Below, in pieces: positions 63,238 to 64,000 of a stretch of 64,000 nucleotides of DNA (position 1 is the stretch's first letter; each line of letters starts with the position of its first letter). A model generated the notes under the pieces. It was not told where the DNA came from and made no database searches. It worked only from the letters and a program-made list of their open reading frames with translations. A program made the position numbers and the translations under genes. Source of the DNA: Candidatus Krumholzibacteriia bacterium (GTDB lineage Bacteria > Krumholzibacteriota > Krumholzibacteriia > WVZY01); assembly GCA_046754105.1 (NCBI GenBank), contig JBHHVD010000002.1, positions 1 to 64,000 on the forward strand, in the 5' to 3' direction.

Positions 63238-64000
63238 CTAGTAGTTGAGACCGATGAAGAATTCGACGTCGGTATTGTTGGATATACTACTGAAATCAGT
63301 GGCCCGTGTAAAGTTGACACGGATAACCGGTGCGAACCCGAGGTTGAGCTCGGTGCCGACGCCCACCGTGCCGAGCCAGTCGGTATCCGCGATGAAACGC
63401 CCTACCTTGCCGGCATCGACGAAGAAGGCGCCGCGGATGAGGGGAAATTCGATTGCTCCGAAGGGGAGGCTGAGGGCGAAACGGTCGATCAGCGGAAAGC
63501 GGATCTCGCTGTTGATCAGGTAGCTGCTGCGGCCGAAGAACTCGCGGAAGTCGTAGCCCCTCAGGTCCCAGGGACCTCCGAGGTAGAAGATCTGGAAATC
63601 ACTGCCGAAGCTGTGGCGCGTGACGAAACGCTCGGCGATTACGACGCGCCGCCCCAGCTTGAAGTACTTGCGGATGTCAAAGTGTACCGTGGTGTTGTCG
63701 AACCCGCGGCCCCTGAAATCAATCGTTTGACCGATCGTCGTGTGGTATCGCAAGCCCTTGAGCGGGCCGCCCACCGTCCACAACGTGTTGTCGGAGACGT
63801 AGGTCAGAAATGTCGATCCCAGGAAGCTCTTCTGGTCGGCCAGCTCCGTGAAGTCGGATTCGCGGTCGACGAAGCGGAGCACGAACGACCCGTCGATGCG
63901 TGAAAACTTGCTAAACGGATAACTCACGCCAGTGGCAACGCCGAATCGCCTCTCGGAGCGAAACACGGTGAAAAAGTCACCGGTAAAGCTGGTCAAGTGA
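63238..64000 (-). CDS. C-terminal Omp85/BamA-TamA-like beta-barrel (truncated by window end)
   Basis: FYLGG..LRGY, NSEIRFPL, FFVDAG, C-terminal aromatic FFIGLNY. Confidence 0.8.
   Translation of the reverse strand, partial: HLTSFTGDFFTVFRSERRFGVATGVSYPFSKFSRIDGSFVLRFVDRESDFTELADQKSFLGSTFLTYVSDNTLWTVGGPLKGLRYHTTIGQTIDFRGRGFDNTTVHFDIRKYFKLGRRVVIAERFVTRHSFGSDFQIFYLGGPWDLRGYDFREFFGRSSYLINSEIRFPLIDRFALSLPFGAIEFPLIRGAFFVDAGKVGRFIADTDWLGTVGVGTELNLGFAPVIRVNFTRATDFSSISNNTDVEFFIGLNY

Overview
A 64-kb, GC-rich bacterial chromosomal window made up mostly of housekeeping genes: lptE-holA-leuS, hemN-hemH-hemG, metH, surE-pcm, der-plsY-gpsA, mutS/mutL/miaA, lapAB, rpsA, cmk-plsC, hisC, scpAB, xerD, rpsT, proS and four tRNAs. 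The LPS/Lpt/Omp85 genes indicate a diderm. A C-terminal 'STWGRVKSLY' motif suggests Krumholzibacteriota/Latescibacterota/Eisenbacteria (inference). The most notable signal is three well-spaced sigma-54 (-24/-12) promoter motifs. They precede (i) an operon with a GAF-GGDEF cyclase, two nucleotide-sugar enzymes, a histidine kinase with a 4-Cys insertion and an NtrC-type activator, (ii) an unannotated 15-aa peptide gene next to a PDZ-membrane-GAF-SpoIIE receptor, and (iii) a multi-GAF protein with a degenerate GGDEF domain inserted between mutS and mutL. The 16.75-17.39 kb intergenic region also holds a stand-alone, promoter-driven, rod-shaped ncRNA candidate of about 130 nt. metH carries a single-base frameshift. 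No CRISPR array or clear mobile element was seen. All calls come from reading the sequence; no database searches were run.
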